DNA from: a virus
Taxonomy: Duplodnaviria > Caudoviricetes
IMG/VR virus record: IMGVR_UViG_3300044723_003755
Location: 1 to 25,418 of that record
Reading direction: 5' to 3' (one strand)
Length of the DNA: 25,418 nucleotides
The notes below the pieces were generated by a model that ran no database searches, was not told the DNA's origin, and worked only from the letters and a program-made list of their open reading frames with translations. Positions 1 to 8,954 of the stretch are shown here, piece by piece. A program made the translations under genes and the position numbers. Numbering within the stretch: position 1 is the stretch's first letter; each line of letters opens with the position of its first letter.

Positions 1-316
1 AAGACTCCTCCTCTTCTTTATTGTTGGTTTTCTTGTTGATTTTCCTATTAACGCTCCTGCTGTGTTTGTCGTGAACGCCATACAATGGTTCCCTCCCTAT
101 GTTCTGGACATCGCTATACAATGTCATCAATTCTTGCCTTCTGAATTTTATCACTTTCTTCATCTTGAGCAGTGCCCGCCTCGCCTGTAGAGCGAACTTA
201 CGTGATGGTCGTTTCATCAACTTCTCATACGCGGTGAAGTAGTCTAGGCACGCCTGCTTCAATTGTAAGTGCCTGCTAGTTTCAACGGGTTCTCTGTATA
301 TTCTTCTTATGCTCAT
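1..316 (-). CDS. Small basic protein, possibly histone H1-like Hc1 family; runs off the window edge
   Basis: Hand translation from ATG at 316: MSIRRIYREPVETSRHLQLKQACLDYFTAYEKLMKRPSRKFALQARRALLKMKKVIKFRRQELM... The ARRALLKMKK..K.RR.E segment resembles the Hc1-like helical hairpin. The start overlaps the upstream stop (ATGA). Not in the ORF track. Confidence 0.55.
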   Translation of the reverse strand, partial: MSIRRIYREPVETSRHLQLKQACLDYFTAYEKLMKRPSRKFALQARRALLKMKKVIKFRRQELMTLYSDVQNIGREPLYGVHDKHSRSVNRKINKKTNNKEEEES

Positions 317-402
317 TTAGTGTTGGGTATGTATGCCGGCTCTAGAAAGATTACCATCAAGATGAACAATATGATCAGTATTGCTGTAAATCTGTAATCC
401 AT
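313..402 (-). CDS. 29-aa single-pass membrane peptide
   Basis: MDYRFTAILIILFILMVIFLEPAYIPNTK*; GGAGG RBS at 409-413; the stop overlaps the next ATG. Confidence 0.65.
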   Translation of the reverse strand: MDYRFTAILIILFILMVIFLEPAYIPNTK

Positions 403-414
403 CTAGATCCTCCA

Positions 415-507
415 TTACCAAAATCTCTTTATCTGTTTGCTCAACCATTCAAACGCCCTGTCTATGGCGTCCAGTATGGCTATCATAATTTCATCAAACT
501 TGTCCAT
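415..507 (-). CDS. 30-aa amphipathic peptide
   Basis: MDKFDEIMIAILDAIDRAFEWLSKQIKRFW*; TAATG overlap with the stop of the 507..785 gene. Confidence 0.6.
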   Translation of the reverse strand: MDKFDEIMIAILDAIDRAFEWLSKQIKRFW

Positions 508-785
508 TATGCCTTGAATCCTTTCCTCCAAGACCGTATCGCCCAATACGCAGGACTCAAATTCTTCTGTCCCCTCACTGACTTCAACACACCTCCCATA
601 CGTGCCAAGAAACTCTTCTGCCTCGCCGGGTTGTTCTTTTTGATACGCATATTTGGATCACCAAATCTCACCTTCTTGACGTTGCCCGTGCTCTTTGATC
701 GCACATACACGGCGAACTTCTTGCTCTGTCCTGATGTCCTGAAAGGTCTGTTAAGTTTGACCGTCTTGCCTTGATACTTCGCCAT
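507..785 (-). CDS. Conserved basic phage protein (putative DNA-binding or virion-associated)
   Basis: Motif A.YQG..VKLN.P...KKF.VYV....GNVKKV.FGDPNMRIKK.NPAR.KSF.AR...YW, which I recognise from aquatic phages; very K/R-rich. Confidence 0.75.
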   Translation of the reverse strand: MAKYQGKTVKLNRPFRTSGQSKKFAVYVRSKSTGNVKKVRFGDPNMRIKKNNPARQKSFLARMGGVLKSVRGQKNLSPAYWAIRSWRKGFKA

Positions 786-2310
786 CGCCTAACTCCGGGT
801 GTAGTTGTTTGATCTGTTCATCTGTGTAGCCCTGTGAAATCATCTCTCTCAAATGTGCTATCATTTGATCTACATTCTGTATTGGCGGATGAGTCATATC
901 TGTTGGAGTGTTCTCCATCATCTCGTTGAATTCGTCCTCATCTTTAGCAAGTAATTCTTTTATTTTTTGATCAAGCAACGCCTTGACGTCTGGTGATGCT
1001 GTGGCGCTGTCCCTCTGTATGACAGCCGCTTTGTGTAATAGGTCCATATCAAGGCTCTTGTCCCTGATGTGGAACGCCATCGGGTATTTGATGTCTCCGG
1101 TGAACGCCTGACCCTGCCATTTAGCCCAGTGTCTGAAGAAGTTCTCCTCAAACAATTCTAACTGCTTGGCCTTCTCACAAAGTTTGGCGTCCAGCAACAA
1201 GAACTCTGACATCATAGCCACGCCACTCATCTGCCTTGTCTCTATGGCTCGGATCGCACCCATATGTGCCATCCTGTCAATTGACTTGACTTTGTTGTCT
1301 ATGCTCTTCAATATCGCTTCTAGGTTAGTGCCGCTCGGCTGTAAAATATAGGGCTTGAGTCCTGCGTCAGTCTCGTTGGGTATAGTGATTATGCTACCAG
1401 CACCCGCTGAAGCCTGGACGTCTGGTGTTTTCACCAACGTTGGGTGGTTCGTCAAACGGATTAATTGTTCTATCTCTGATAGTTCTTGGTAGATGGCGTT
1501 CTGGACGTCCGCTATGTCGCCTATGTCTGATACACCTATGCCCTTGATTGGCGATCTCGCCGCATAGCACCATATCGCAGGCACAACACCAATTGGGTTT
1601 GGTTTACGTTCTATCTCTTCCAGTGCTGACTTCTTGTTTGGGTTGTAGGCCTCAAGTATGACTTCGTCTTTGGTCCAAGTCCGCACGTAGTAATTCGTAT
1701 CTGCTCTGTATGTCTTGTCTTCTTTCTCTAACAGTTGTATGAATTCACATTCGTAGTGTCCGTTTGGCATTCTAATGAAGTTCCAATTCAAAACGTTCTC
1801 TGGGGTGTATAGCGTCGCGTATGGTCTGATGCCTTGCGATAGTTCGTCAGCACGGGTGCCAACAACTGTGTCGGGTCTGTCCACCATCACAACACAGTGT
1901 CCATACACCGTGCTCATAAGATTGACGTCCCTCATAAATGATTCCCAACTCCTGCCTTCCATATCACAATCTTCCATAAACTGTGCCATCTCTGGTGCGT
2001 TAGTGAATTGACCTAGGTCTCTCTTGGGTTCATTCCTGTATAAAAAACTGTTGTAAATGTGTGAAATTGATTTCACCTGATTGTCCAATGGGGTAGTTGC
2101 TAATCTGTTTAGATATTCTACATCACTCTCATACACATACTTGGTAAGATATGATCCCATCCTGTAGTGATGGGCTCCCAAATATGAATTTATAAGGAAT
2201 TTCCAACGTCTGATGTAATTGGTGTATTCTTCGTGAGTTGGCAGGCCTTGTAAACCGTAATCTGGACCTTCGTAGTCAAATTGTGTTGATGTGAAATTAA
2301 TATCTGCCAT
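751..2310 (-). CDS. Portal protein
   Basis: 519 aa directly downstream of terL. GIGVSDIGDIADVQNAIYQELSE and MSGVAM..EF..L.AKL.EKA..LE..E segments are typical of SPP1/DUF4055-like portals. Confidence 0.88.
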   Translation of the reverse strand: MADINFTSTQFDYEGPDYGLQGLPTHEEYTNYIRRWKFLINSYLGAHHYRMGSYLTKYVYESDVEYLNRLATTPLDNQVKSISHIYNSFLYRNEPKRDLGQFTNAPEMAQFMEDCDMEGRSWESFMRDVNLMSTVYGHCVVMVDRPDTVVGTRADELSQGIRPYATLYTPENVLNWNFIRMPNGHYECEFIQLLEKEDKTYRADTNYYVRTWTKDEVILEAYNPNKKSALEEIERKPNPIGVVPAIWCYAARSPIKGIGVSDIGDIADVQNAIYQELSEIEQLIRLTNHPTLVKTPDVQASAGAGSIITIPNETDAGLKPYILQPSGTNLEAILKSIDNKVKSIDRMAHMGAIRAIETRQMSGVAMMSEFLLLDAKLCEKAKQLELFEENFFRHWAKWQGQAFTGDIKYPMAFHIRDKSLDMDLLHKAAVIQRDSATASPDVKALLDQKIKELLAKDEDEFNEMMENTPTDMTHPPIQNVDQMIAHLREMISQGYTDEQIKQLHPELGDGEVSRQDGQT

Positions 2311-3550
2311 TACCTATCCTCGTTTGTATGTTAAATCTCTGTGTGCTCGTCTCAACAACATCTCTGGTGATTGGGTATAAGAAACTGACCAAATAACCAA
2401 GTGCGTCTCCTAAATGATCTAGTCCTTGCTGTTTGTCCGGCACGTTTGTCCCCTCGCGATATGTTTGTTTAAGCATAGTATTTAATAGATTTTTACAACT
2501 TCTATCAATAAACAGACTTCGCTCATTGTTGGCATTACAGAATTTACTGTTGACGCTGTTGATCCTATCCCTGACGGGCATATGCTTGGTCAACACCTTA
2601 CACACGAAGCCGTTGTTCTGTAGGATGCTCAAGTCAGTTTTACCACCCGCTGACGTCCTACGCTGGACGCAACTGGGATCTGGGAAAGCCATAATCTTCT
2701 TGCTCGGATATCTGTTCAGTATCTCGTCGCATAGTTCCTGCGTGTTGCTGCCAAACAATCTTATCTCGTCGCAGACGTATATCTTGTGATTGTGTATCTT
2801 GGCCACGACAGCACTGATAGGTGATACGTTAAAGTCCACGCCCACGTATATGATTTTGTCTTCTTCTGTTATCTTGTGTGAGCCGTTGTTCTGTGCCATA
2901 TCAAAGCCGTAGTATATCAGGCCAGTGAAGGTCTCCCAAGTCGCCTGATACTCCTGGCGATAGATTTTGGTGTCTAGATCTCGTCTCGCTTGTGCCAGTT
3001 CATCAGCATCTACCCAACCACCCTGTTCAGTGGTGTATAGATGACTTGACCATTCTTGTTCTGCTGGGTCTTGTCCCCTCTGATACAGGTCATAGAACCA
3101 GTTGTGTCCCTTGGGCGTGCCCAAGAACAACGCCTTGCCTTTGGTGTCAGACAGCGTTGGCCTCAAAACTTCAGTCCAAGATTGCTCGTTGATGTCGGCT
3201 GTTTCATCCAGCACCAAATAATCTATACCCACCCCACGCAGTGAGTCGGGGTTGTCTGAACCACGCAGTGCGATGATGCTACCGTTCTTAAGATAGCAAG
3301 TGAGGTCAGCCTCGTTGAATCTTTTGACCCAACGTAATTCAAGTAGAACTTTCTTTAATTTTGTCCAAGCGATCTGACGTGCTTGCCTATAACTGGGCGC
3401 AACATACCAACACAGTGTATCTGGGTGTCTGGCGTGATAACATAGTTCTCTGATTGCTAGGGTTGTCTTCCCAAATCTCCTGCCGGAGACCAAGATTTTA
3501 AATCTTGTGTGATCTTGTGCGACCACTTTCTGTGGATCTGATAACTTCAT
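2297..3550 (-). CDS. terL: Terminase large subunit
   Basis: Walker A (SGRRFGKT), YVAPSYRQA, LRG, Walker B (LVLDE), GTPKG.NWFYDL, RNase H-like GVDFN and DH..DALGY. Confidence 0.97.
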   Translation of the reverse strand: MKLSDPQKVVAQDHTRFKILVSGRRFGKTTLAIRELCYHARHPDTLCWYVAPSYRQARQIAWTKLKKVLLELRWVKRFNEADLTCYLKNGSIIALRGSDNPDSLRGVGIDYLVLDETADINEQSWTEVLRPTLSDTKGKALFLGTPKGHNWFYDLYQRGQDPAEQEWSSHLYTTEQGGWVDADELAQARRDLDTKIYRQEYQATWETFTGLIYYGFDMAQNNGSHKITEEDKIIYVGVDFNVSPISAVVAKIHNHKIYVCDEIRLFGSNTQELCDEILNRYPSKKIMAFPDPSCVQRRTSAGGKTDLSILQNNGFVCKVLTKHMPVRDRINSVNSKFCNANNERSLFIDRSCKNLLNTMLKQTYREGTNVPDKQQGLDHLGDALGYLVSFLYPITRDVVETSTQRFNIQTRIGNGRY

Positions 3551-3553
3551 ACA

Positions 3554-3856
3554 TTATTCTTGCCAAGGTAAAGGCTGTTGTGATTCTGTGTCGTTCGCCT
3601 GGTCGGTCTGTCCCAACAACTGCTTGCCAAGCCAAATCAACATACGAACATCTTTCTTCTCCACCGCTGCCTCAAACTGTGCCCTACGTAGGCTCTTCTT
3701 GCCTTCTGCCCTACCCTTGTCAATAATCTTGCTGAATCTTTTCTTCAGTGTTGGCACACTTGTGCCTACCACGTCCGCTATCTCTTCGTAAGAACAATGG
3801 ATACTGGCCAACTTGAATACCAAATCGTGATCTATTTTATATTTCTTCTCTGTCAT
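3554..3856 (-). CDS. terS: Terminase small subunit
   Basis: N-terminal HTH (CSYEEIADVVGTSVPTL), SLRRAQF and MLIWLGKQLLGQ.D; directly upstream of terL. Confidence 0.85.
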   Translation of the reverse strand: MTEKKYKIDHDLVFKLASIHCSYEEIADVVGTSVPTLKKRFSKIIDKGRAEGKKSLRRAQFEAAVEKKDVRMLIWLGKQLLGQTDQANDTESQQPLPWQE

Positions 3857-4200
3857 TATAGATGCTTGGGTCCTATTATTATTCTGAATCTCCTCACGTC
3901 AGCGTCTCCGTTGACTGTGTTTATCCTGACGTCTACGTTGTATTCATTGCCTGACGTGCCACCGTTCAGTCTCACGTTGACCACAGCACCTGAAACAACC
4001 ACGTCCGTTGAAGCGTCCGTGGGCAGTGCCAATGGGCTCGCGTCTCCCGTTATCGTCTCGATGGTCGCTGTCGCTGAATTGATTGCGTCTCCGCTGTTAA
4101 GATAGTCCGTCCAATCTACCCCGTATTGTATGTTGGCATCTGGGTGCTTCTCAATGAACGCACCTTTGTTATCCCTTTTGAATCCTGTCAAACTGGCCAT
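3856..4200 (-). CDS. Virion fibre-adaptor-like beta-sandwich protein
   Basis: K.P.....YGVDW.DYL..GD.I...V.V.L.GG..G.EY.V...I.T..G....R.F pattern of phage fibre adaptor proteins. Confidence 0.65.
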   Translation of the reverse strand: MASLTGFKRDNKGAFIEKHPDANIQYGVDWTDYLNSGDAINSATATIETITGDASPLALPTDASTDVVVSGAVVNVRLNGGTSGNEYNVDVRINTVNGDADVRRFRIIIGPKHL

Positions 4201-5507
4201 TATGCTTCTGACCTCACTTTTGGAATGCTACTTCTGTTGCTGAAAGTTGGTTTGTAAATTTTGAATTTTTTAGTTTCTTGTGGCACTTGATAACTCCTCG
4301 TTTCAATGTTTGTGTTATTTACACGCGATTCGTCTAAAACCATAATAACTCTTGTTTCTCGTATGGGTTTTATGGTCCTCGTGTCCTGTAATACTGTCAA
4401 TATGTTCCACGGATCCGCTATCGTAATGAGCCTAGCGAATGTCAATGTTATGTTAAACGCATTCAATGACGAACTGTCAGTGTATGCTACATTACCATTT
4501 GAACTCACGCTGTATGCGGCTGTGATCTCTTTTGTGGGATCAAACACCACATTAGCATTCTGTGATGTTGAACTGACCACGCTGATTGCCTTGTCAGGGT
4601 CAAACGTGGCATTACCATTGACTGTTGTAGATATCGCAGTGCTGACTGACGCGTCTGAATCAAACAACACATTCGCATCTTGTGATGTTGTCGCGTTGAT
4701 GGTGTAAGACGCCGGGTCAGCGTTCCTGATCCTGATGTAATCACTGGCTATGCTGGTAGACGCAGTGATTGATTTTGTGGGATCAAACACCACGTTAGCA
4801 TTCTGTGATGTTGTGATCACAGCATCAATGAAGTTCGCTACACCGCCAAATACAAGTCCAGCATTACAACTGAAAGTTGATATTGGACCAAACGCTATCA
4901 GACCTGGGTGCCATTTATTACCAAACCATTCGTTCCAAGTCCTGTCAATGAAATCACTCTCTGCGAACGTGTCCCAAGTGTAATCGTCTTGCTCGCCCTC
5001 TTCAAGTGGGTCAAACTTCACGCCACCAACACTGATCAATGTCAGAGTTGAATCTATGCTGGGCACAGCCACGAACGAAACGTTGGCGTCTTGACTGGTA
5101 GTGATTGTTGTTGTTATGGTCTTGCCTACGTCAAAGGTCGTGTTTGCGTCTGCTGATTGTGTTGTTGAACTGTCAAGCGATGCCTGTGCTGATTGTAGCA
5201 GGCCTCCCTCCACACTCACAGTGATGCTTGACGTTATGCTGGCTGATGCTAGATCAAACTTGTCCGCGTCAGCCTGTAGTGTGAATGTTGAAACAAGATT
5301 AGCCTTGGCTATCTCTAGGGTGCCCAGTGCTGACACAGTGAAAGTGGATACAAGATCCAGGCTTTCAACCACGTAGTCAGCATTCACATAACCCTGTGGC
5401 GTGAAATAATCTCCCACGCTCAATGATGGTGAAGTGTAGGTGTCAGGTGTGTAGTAGTTGGCTACCGTGTAGCCATTTATGTCTATACCTATGCCCTTAA
5501 GAGCCAT
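4200..5507 (-). CDS. Repetitive Ser/Thr/Ala-rich virion fibre or spike scaffold
   Basis: 435 aa with ~21-aa repeats (TTSQ.ANV.FD..K.I); lies between two structural genes. Confidence 0.7.
   Translation of the reverse strand: MALKGIGIDINGYTVANYYTPDTYTSPSLSVGDYFTPQGYVNADYVVESLDLVSTFTVSALGTLEIAKANLVSTFTLQADADKFDLASASITSSITVSVEGGLLQSAQASLDSSTTQSADANTTFDVGKTITTTITTSQDANVSFVAVPSIDSTLTLISVGGVKFDPLEEGEQDDYTWDTFAESDFIDRTWNEWFGNKWHPGLIAFGPISTFSCNAGLVFGGVANFIDAVITTSQNANVVFDPTKSITASTSIASDYIRIRNADPASYTINATTSQDANVLFDSDASVSTAISTTVNGNATFDPDKAISVVSSTSQNANVVFDPTKEITAAYSVSSNGNVAYTDSSSLNAFNITLTFARLITIADPWNILTVLQDTRTIKPIRETRVIMVLDESRVNNTNIETRSYQVPQETKKFKIYKPTFSNRSSIPKVRSEA
4530..4813. repeat. 41-bp intragenic direct repeat (4530-4570 and 4773-4813, 1 mismatch; degenerate third copy near 4659-4690)
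   Basis: ttttgtgggatcaaacaccac[a/g]ttagcattctgtgatgttg occurs twice. Confidence 0.9.
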
Positions 5508-5528
5508 CGGCTAACCTCCAGTAGAGTA

Positions 5529-6005
5529 TTAAGCCAAACTTACGGTCAAGTTGCCCGTGCTCACTTGGAACGTATCCCCGGATAATACTTCTTTGGGGTT
5601 GTCCAACTGTCCGTAGAACAATACGTTGCCCGCGTGTGTGCCTGAACCTGTGGGCGTGTAAGCCTCGTCCATAATCGCGATACAAGTTATCGTTGCGCCT
5701 GAAGTGGCCGCGTTGTTGTAGTTGGCTGTGGCTGTGTCAAAAGTGATATTACCACTAGTCGCCGCTGAACCACCTGAAGCAGCCGCGAATGCGGCAGCCT
5801 TCCTCTCGTATGCTCCGCCTGTGATCTCGTAGTATCCCCAGTTGCCTGCTGTTCTGGCACCTGTGCCTTCTTCTAACGCCGCTAATACGTCTGACGCTGT
5901 TCCCGAGAACAACGCTAGTCTCAATGTTGTTGGTTGTGATAACGCAGTGTTCCTCAAGATATGATCAAGGGCCGCATTTTCTAAATAATTGCTGGCAGCA
6001 CTCAT
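5529..6005 (-). CDS. Conserved virion structural (fibre or minor tail) protein
   Basis: MS..SNYLE...LDH.L...LALF...GG.Y.R...I.F..AT...GNVLFYG.L...K.V.SGDTF motif; AAGGAG RBS. Confidence 0.75.
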   Translation of the reverse strand: MSAASNYLENAALDHILRNTALSQPTTLRLALFSGTASDVLAALEEGTGARTAGNWGYYEITGGAYERKAAAFAAASGGSAATSGNITFDTATANYNNAATSGATITCIAIMDEAYTPTGSGTHAGNVLFYGQLDNPKEVLSGDTFQVSTGNLTVSLA

Positions 6006-6054
6006 AATTTTTTCTCCTTAATTAAGTTTGTGTTTTTGTTTGTTATAACACAGA

Positions 6055-6060
6055 TATTTA
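6055..6060 (-). promoter_or_regulatory. TAAATA late-promoter-like word
   Basis: Lies in the 60-bp gap before the 6005 gene; followed by an A/C-rich leader and an RBS. Confidence 0.6.
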
Positions 6061-6065
6061 TTGGC

Positions 6066-6686
6066 TTACGCCACTTTGACTATGCGTAGATATGTTCTGT
6101 TCGGTATGTCGCCTGATGTTGTCTCGGGGGCGAACGTGGCGTTGTGCTTGACCCTGAACGTGTTGCTGGTGCCCACTACCTCTAACTTGTCAAAGAACAT
6201 CAGTCCGTCTAACACGGGACTGCCGCTGTAATTTATAACGGTTATGGGATCAGCATCTGGGTCCTGTAGTTCAAAGGGAGCACCTGACCTGATCGCGGCC
6301 CCGCTGAAGTTTGATCCGTTCGCAGTCCAGCACCATACGAGATACGTGCCCACGCCCAGCGTGAATTGTCCCGATGACACACTGGTTATGCCGCTGGGAT
6401 CACTGGTGATTGACGTGATGTCTATCTGTGGGTCAGTGCTACTGACCGCCGTGCCTATCTGTAAAATCGCTTCCTGGAACACAGCCGCCTGTGTCTCGAA
6501 TCTTGAGTTGGTGCTGTTATACACCAAGATGTCCTTGTCGCTGGGTGAAGCGAGGTCAAACATATCTATTATGCTGTTGGTGTTGTCTATGTTCTGCTTG
6601 ATGTCAGCACGTGCCAGCCTAGGCTTGTCGCTGCCGCTGTCCACGTTGTCTGTTGATGCTTTTGTTGAACTTGGCCAAATCGCCAT
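6066..6686 (-). CDS. Short fibre or receptor-binding protein, WP-anchor paralog 1
   Basis: N-terminus WPSSTKASTDNVDSGSDKPRLARADIKQNID is shared with 6691..7446 and 20150..20584; beta-rich C-terminal head. Confidence 0.7.
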   Translation of the reverse strand: MAIWPSSTKASTDNVDSGSDKPRLARADIKQNIDNTNSIIDMFDLASPSDKDILVYNSTNSRFETQAAVFQEAILQIGTAVSSTDPQIDITSITSDPSGITSVSSGQFTLGVGTYLVWCWTANGSNFSGAAIRSGAPFELQDPDADPITVINYSGSPVLDGLMFFDKLEVVGTSNTFRVKHNATFAPETTSGDIPNRTYLRIVKVA

Positions 6687-6690
6687 AATG

Positions 6691-7446
6691 TTATCCTCCT
6701 ATCTTAATTATTTCAATCACCACGTTGGCTCGTTTATTGTTTGTGGAACCTATCGTTGTAGATGCCCCAAAGTCATAGGATAGATCGCTTAAACCATCTA
6801 CGAACAGGTAATATTTCCGCTGTTGCCCCTCGGGCACCGTGAATACGTAGAATTGGCTAGCCCCCTTCGCCGCGATGTCATTGAAATCTCCATAGGTGTC
6901 CCACCTCGCCGGGTAGTTGTCCGTGCTGTCGCCGTCGTCCTCTATGTTCAGTATCTTGTGCCCCAGCCAACTGGGCCCTTGAACGGAACCAAACGCTCCA
7001 TAGTTGGTGATGTAAAAGGTCTGCTGGCTCTGGGTTTGGATCAAGTATGTGCCCTCTGACAACTGCCAGCCATCCCCCGTGATGTCAGTGATCAAGCCAA
7101 AGGGATCATACTTCAGTCGCCTGTCCATCATCTTGTTCCGCCTGCCGTCTGCCGTGGTGGGGTAGATGCCCTCCTCGCTCTGTGTCTCGTCCAAGTCCTC
7201 CTCGAATCCCTTGTAGATCAGGAACGCCTTGGCCAGTGATTGTGCTGACGTCGTGCTGAACTCACCAGCGGCGTCGTCGTATGTTAAAATTGATCCATTG
7301 GGTGTGCCAGTGGGTATGTCAAACGTGTCAGTGATTGCGTTGATGTTGTCAATGTCCTGTTTTATCTGGACTCTGCTCAAGTTGGGGCTGTCAGTGCCTT
7401 GATCTATGTCTGTGGTCGTTGCCTTTGAGCCTGCGGGCCAAGTCAT
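6691..7446 (-). CDS. Short fibre or receptor-binding protein, WP-anchor paralog 2
   Basis: N-terminus WPAGSKATTTDIDQGTDSPNLSRVQIKQDID; divergent C-terminal head. Confidence 0.7.
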   Translation of the reverse strand: MTWPAGSKATTTDIDQGTDSPNLSRVQIKQDIDNINAITDTFDIPTGTPNGSILTYDDAAGEFSTTSAQSLAKAFLIYKGFEEDLDETQSEEGIYPTTADGRRNKMMDRRLKYDPFGLITDITGDGWQLSEGTYLIQTQSQQTFYITNYGAFGSVQGPSWLGHKILNIEDDGDSTDNYPARWDTYGDFNDIAAKGASQFYVFTVPEGQQRKYYLFVDGLSDLSYDFGASTTIGSTNNKRANVVIEIIKIGG

Positions 7447-7449
7447 TCA

Positions 7450-8097
7450 TTACTCCTTACAAAAAACAAATTCACTTTTTATTTTAAGGACTTGTTTATA
7501 TCCCCTGTCTGATAACCAAGATCTAACAGCGTCTTTGTCTAGTCCCCATCTAGAGAGACTCTTCATCTTGAGTTCTAGATGTATCACGGGCGATTGTGTG
7601 TCAAGTAGATTGACCGCACCCTTTAGCACCTCTGATTCATAGCCCTCAACATCCATCTTTATGTAGTCCACTTGTCCTAGATCAAAATTGTCTAATTTAT
7701 CCATTTCAACTTGCGTGTTGCCGTTGGGCGTAATGTGTGTTCCTCCACTATCTGTTTGATCTACATTTATCGTGATAGTTTTCTTTTCAGCACCCAAGGC
7801 CACTTTGTGTAGTGATACACGTTCAAGCGGCACGTTCTTCTCGTAGCATTCATTCAATATTGCGATGGGTTCAAACGCGGTTATCTTATCAAAATGATCT
7901 AGCAGTGGTCTGCTCCATAGTCCCACGTGTGCTCCTATGTCAAGGCAGTGTTTGAACTCACAACCTTTTTGCTTCAATAGGTCAATTATTTGATTCCTCT
8001 GTGATATTTGATAACCCTGTTCTGACACTTGTGATAGCAAAATATCATCTTTGTTGGGCAAATACCAACCATCTTTTTTGTATAAATTTGACGTCAT
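7450..8097 (-). CDS. FkbM-family SAM-dependent methyltransferase
   Basis: LDIGAHVGLWS (motif I), AFEP, VALG, VDYIKMDVEGYE..VLKGA, P.I.LE. Confidence 0.92.
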   Translation of the reverse strand: MTSNLYKKDGWYLPNKDDILLSQVSEQGYQISQRNQIIDLLKQKGCEFKHCLDIGAHVGLWSRPLLDHFDKITAFEPIAILNECYEKNVPLERVSLHKVALGAEKKTITINVDQTDSGGTHITPNGNTQVEMDKLDNFDLGQVDYIKMDVEGYESEVLKGAVNLLDTQSPVIHLELKMKSLSRWGLDKDAVRSWLSDRGYKQVLKIKSEFVFCKE

Positions 8098-8103
8098 TTA
8101 AAG

Positions 8104-8943
8104 TTATGCTGTTGGCCCACCAGTGTCAGACACGTTGTAAGCACCTGTGCCTTCGTTGATCACTGACACTGTGCTTGGATTGATTGATCCACCATTCTGT
8201 ATGTTAGTGCCCGAGTTCTGGTAGAGATATATGTCTGGTTGCGATAGACCCGATCCGGTGCCATCAGTGCCCATATCAACTGGACCGCTGTCGTAGAACT
8301 TGGTGAAATCCGTGTCGTGGCTGTTGTAGCCAAAATCCAACCAAAGTTGTGAAGTCTTGACCGTGCCTGATCTTGAGTCATAGTAGTCTGTGTTGTCCGC
8401 GGTGGTGTTGTCGTTTGAATTGTGCTTGCCGTATCTGTGTTGTGTGATGGCCGCCGTTATGCCATTACTATCTGAAGTAAGTGTCTGTGCGACACCGTCA
8501 ACGTAGAACGCATTTGAAGCCGTCTGTGTGCTGTTGGTGTCAACATACCATAGCAAATGATGCCATTCGTCATCCCAAAAGTCAGTTTCAAAATTGGTTG
8601 GGAAACAGAGCAGTCCCTTGTTTCCACCCCCGCTTGCCCTTTGAAAGAAACATTCAGTTCCATTGTTCTGAACTTGGACGAAGAAACCTGAATCAGTAGA
8701 AGTCAATTGTCTGAATAGCATATACTTGTTGTCTGTGGGTAGATCTGATGTCGTGCCCTTTATCCAAACTGACAATGTCATCCTTCTGTTGTTGATTGGC
8801 CACGCGTTGCCTGACCCAGCGTCTAACAGAAGACCAGCACCGTTGGCTGAACTGCCAAGATTTTCACTGTTAAAGAATCCAAGATCAAGACTGGCTGACG
8901 CGGCCTTGTGTGTGAATGTTGATTTCGCAAATCCTAAAGGCAT
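8104..8943 (-). CDS. Concanavalin A/LamG-like lectin-domain virion protein
   Basis: TLSVWIK, D.EWHHLLW.VD and FYVDGV LamG motifs; follows a tail fibre gene. Confidence 0.75.
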   Translation of the reverse strand: MPLGFAKSTFTHKAASASLDLGFFNSENLGSSANGAGLLLDAGSGNAWPINNRRMTLSVWIKGTTSDLPTDNKYMLFRQLTSTDSGFFVQVQNNGTECFFQRASGGGNKGLLCFPTNFETDFWDDEWHHLLWYVDTNSTQTASNAFYVDGVAQTLTSDSNGITAAITQHRYGKHNSNDNTTADNTDYYDSRSGTVKTSQLWLDFGYNSHDTDFTKFYDSGPVDMGTDGTGSGLSQPDIYLYQNSGTNIQNGGSINPSTVSVINEGTGAYNVSDTGGPTA

Positions 8944-8954
8944 ATCAATCCTCC

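Noticed and set aside
3491-3507. Inverted repeat caagattt-t-aaatcttg near the terL 5' end as a pac or cos site
   Set aside because: A single 8-bp-arm palindrome in coding sequence can occur by chance in 25 kb, and there is no supporting evidence for a terminus.
5982-5987. TAAATA on the + strand
   Set aside because: It lies inside a gene, antisense, and is explained by the conserved N-Y-L codons.
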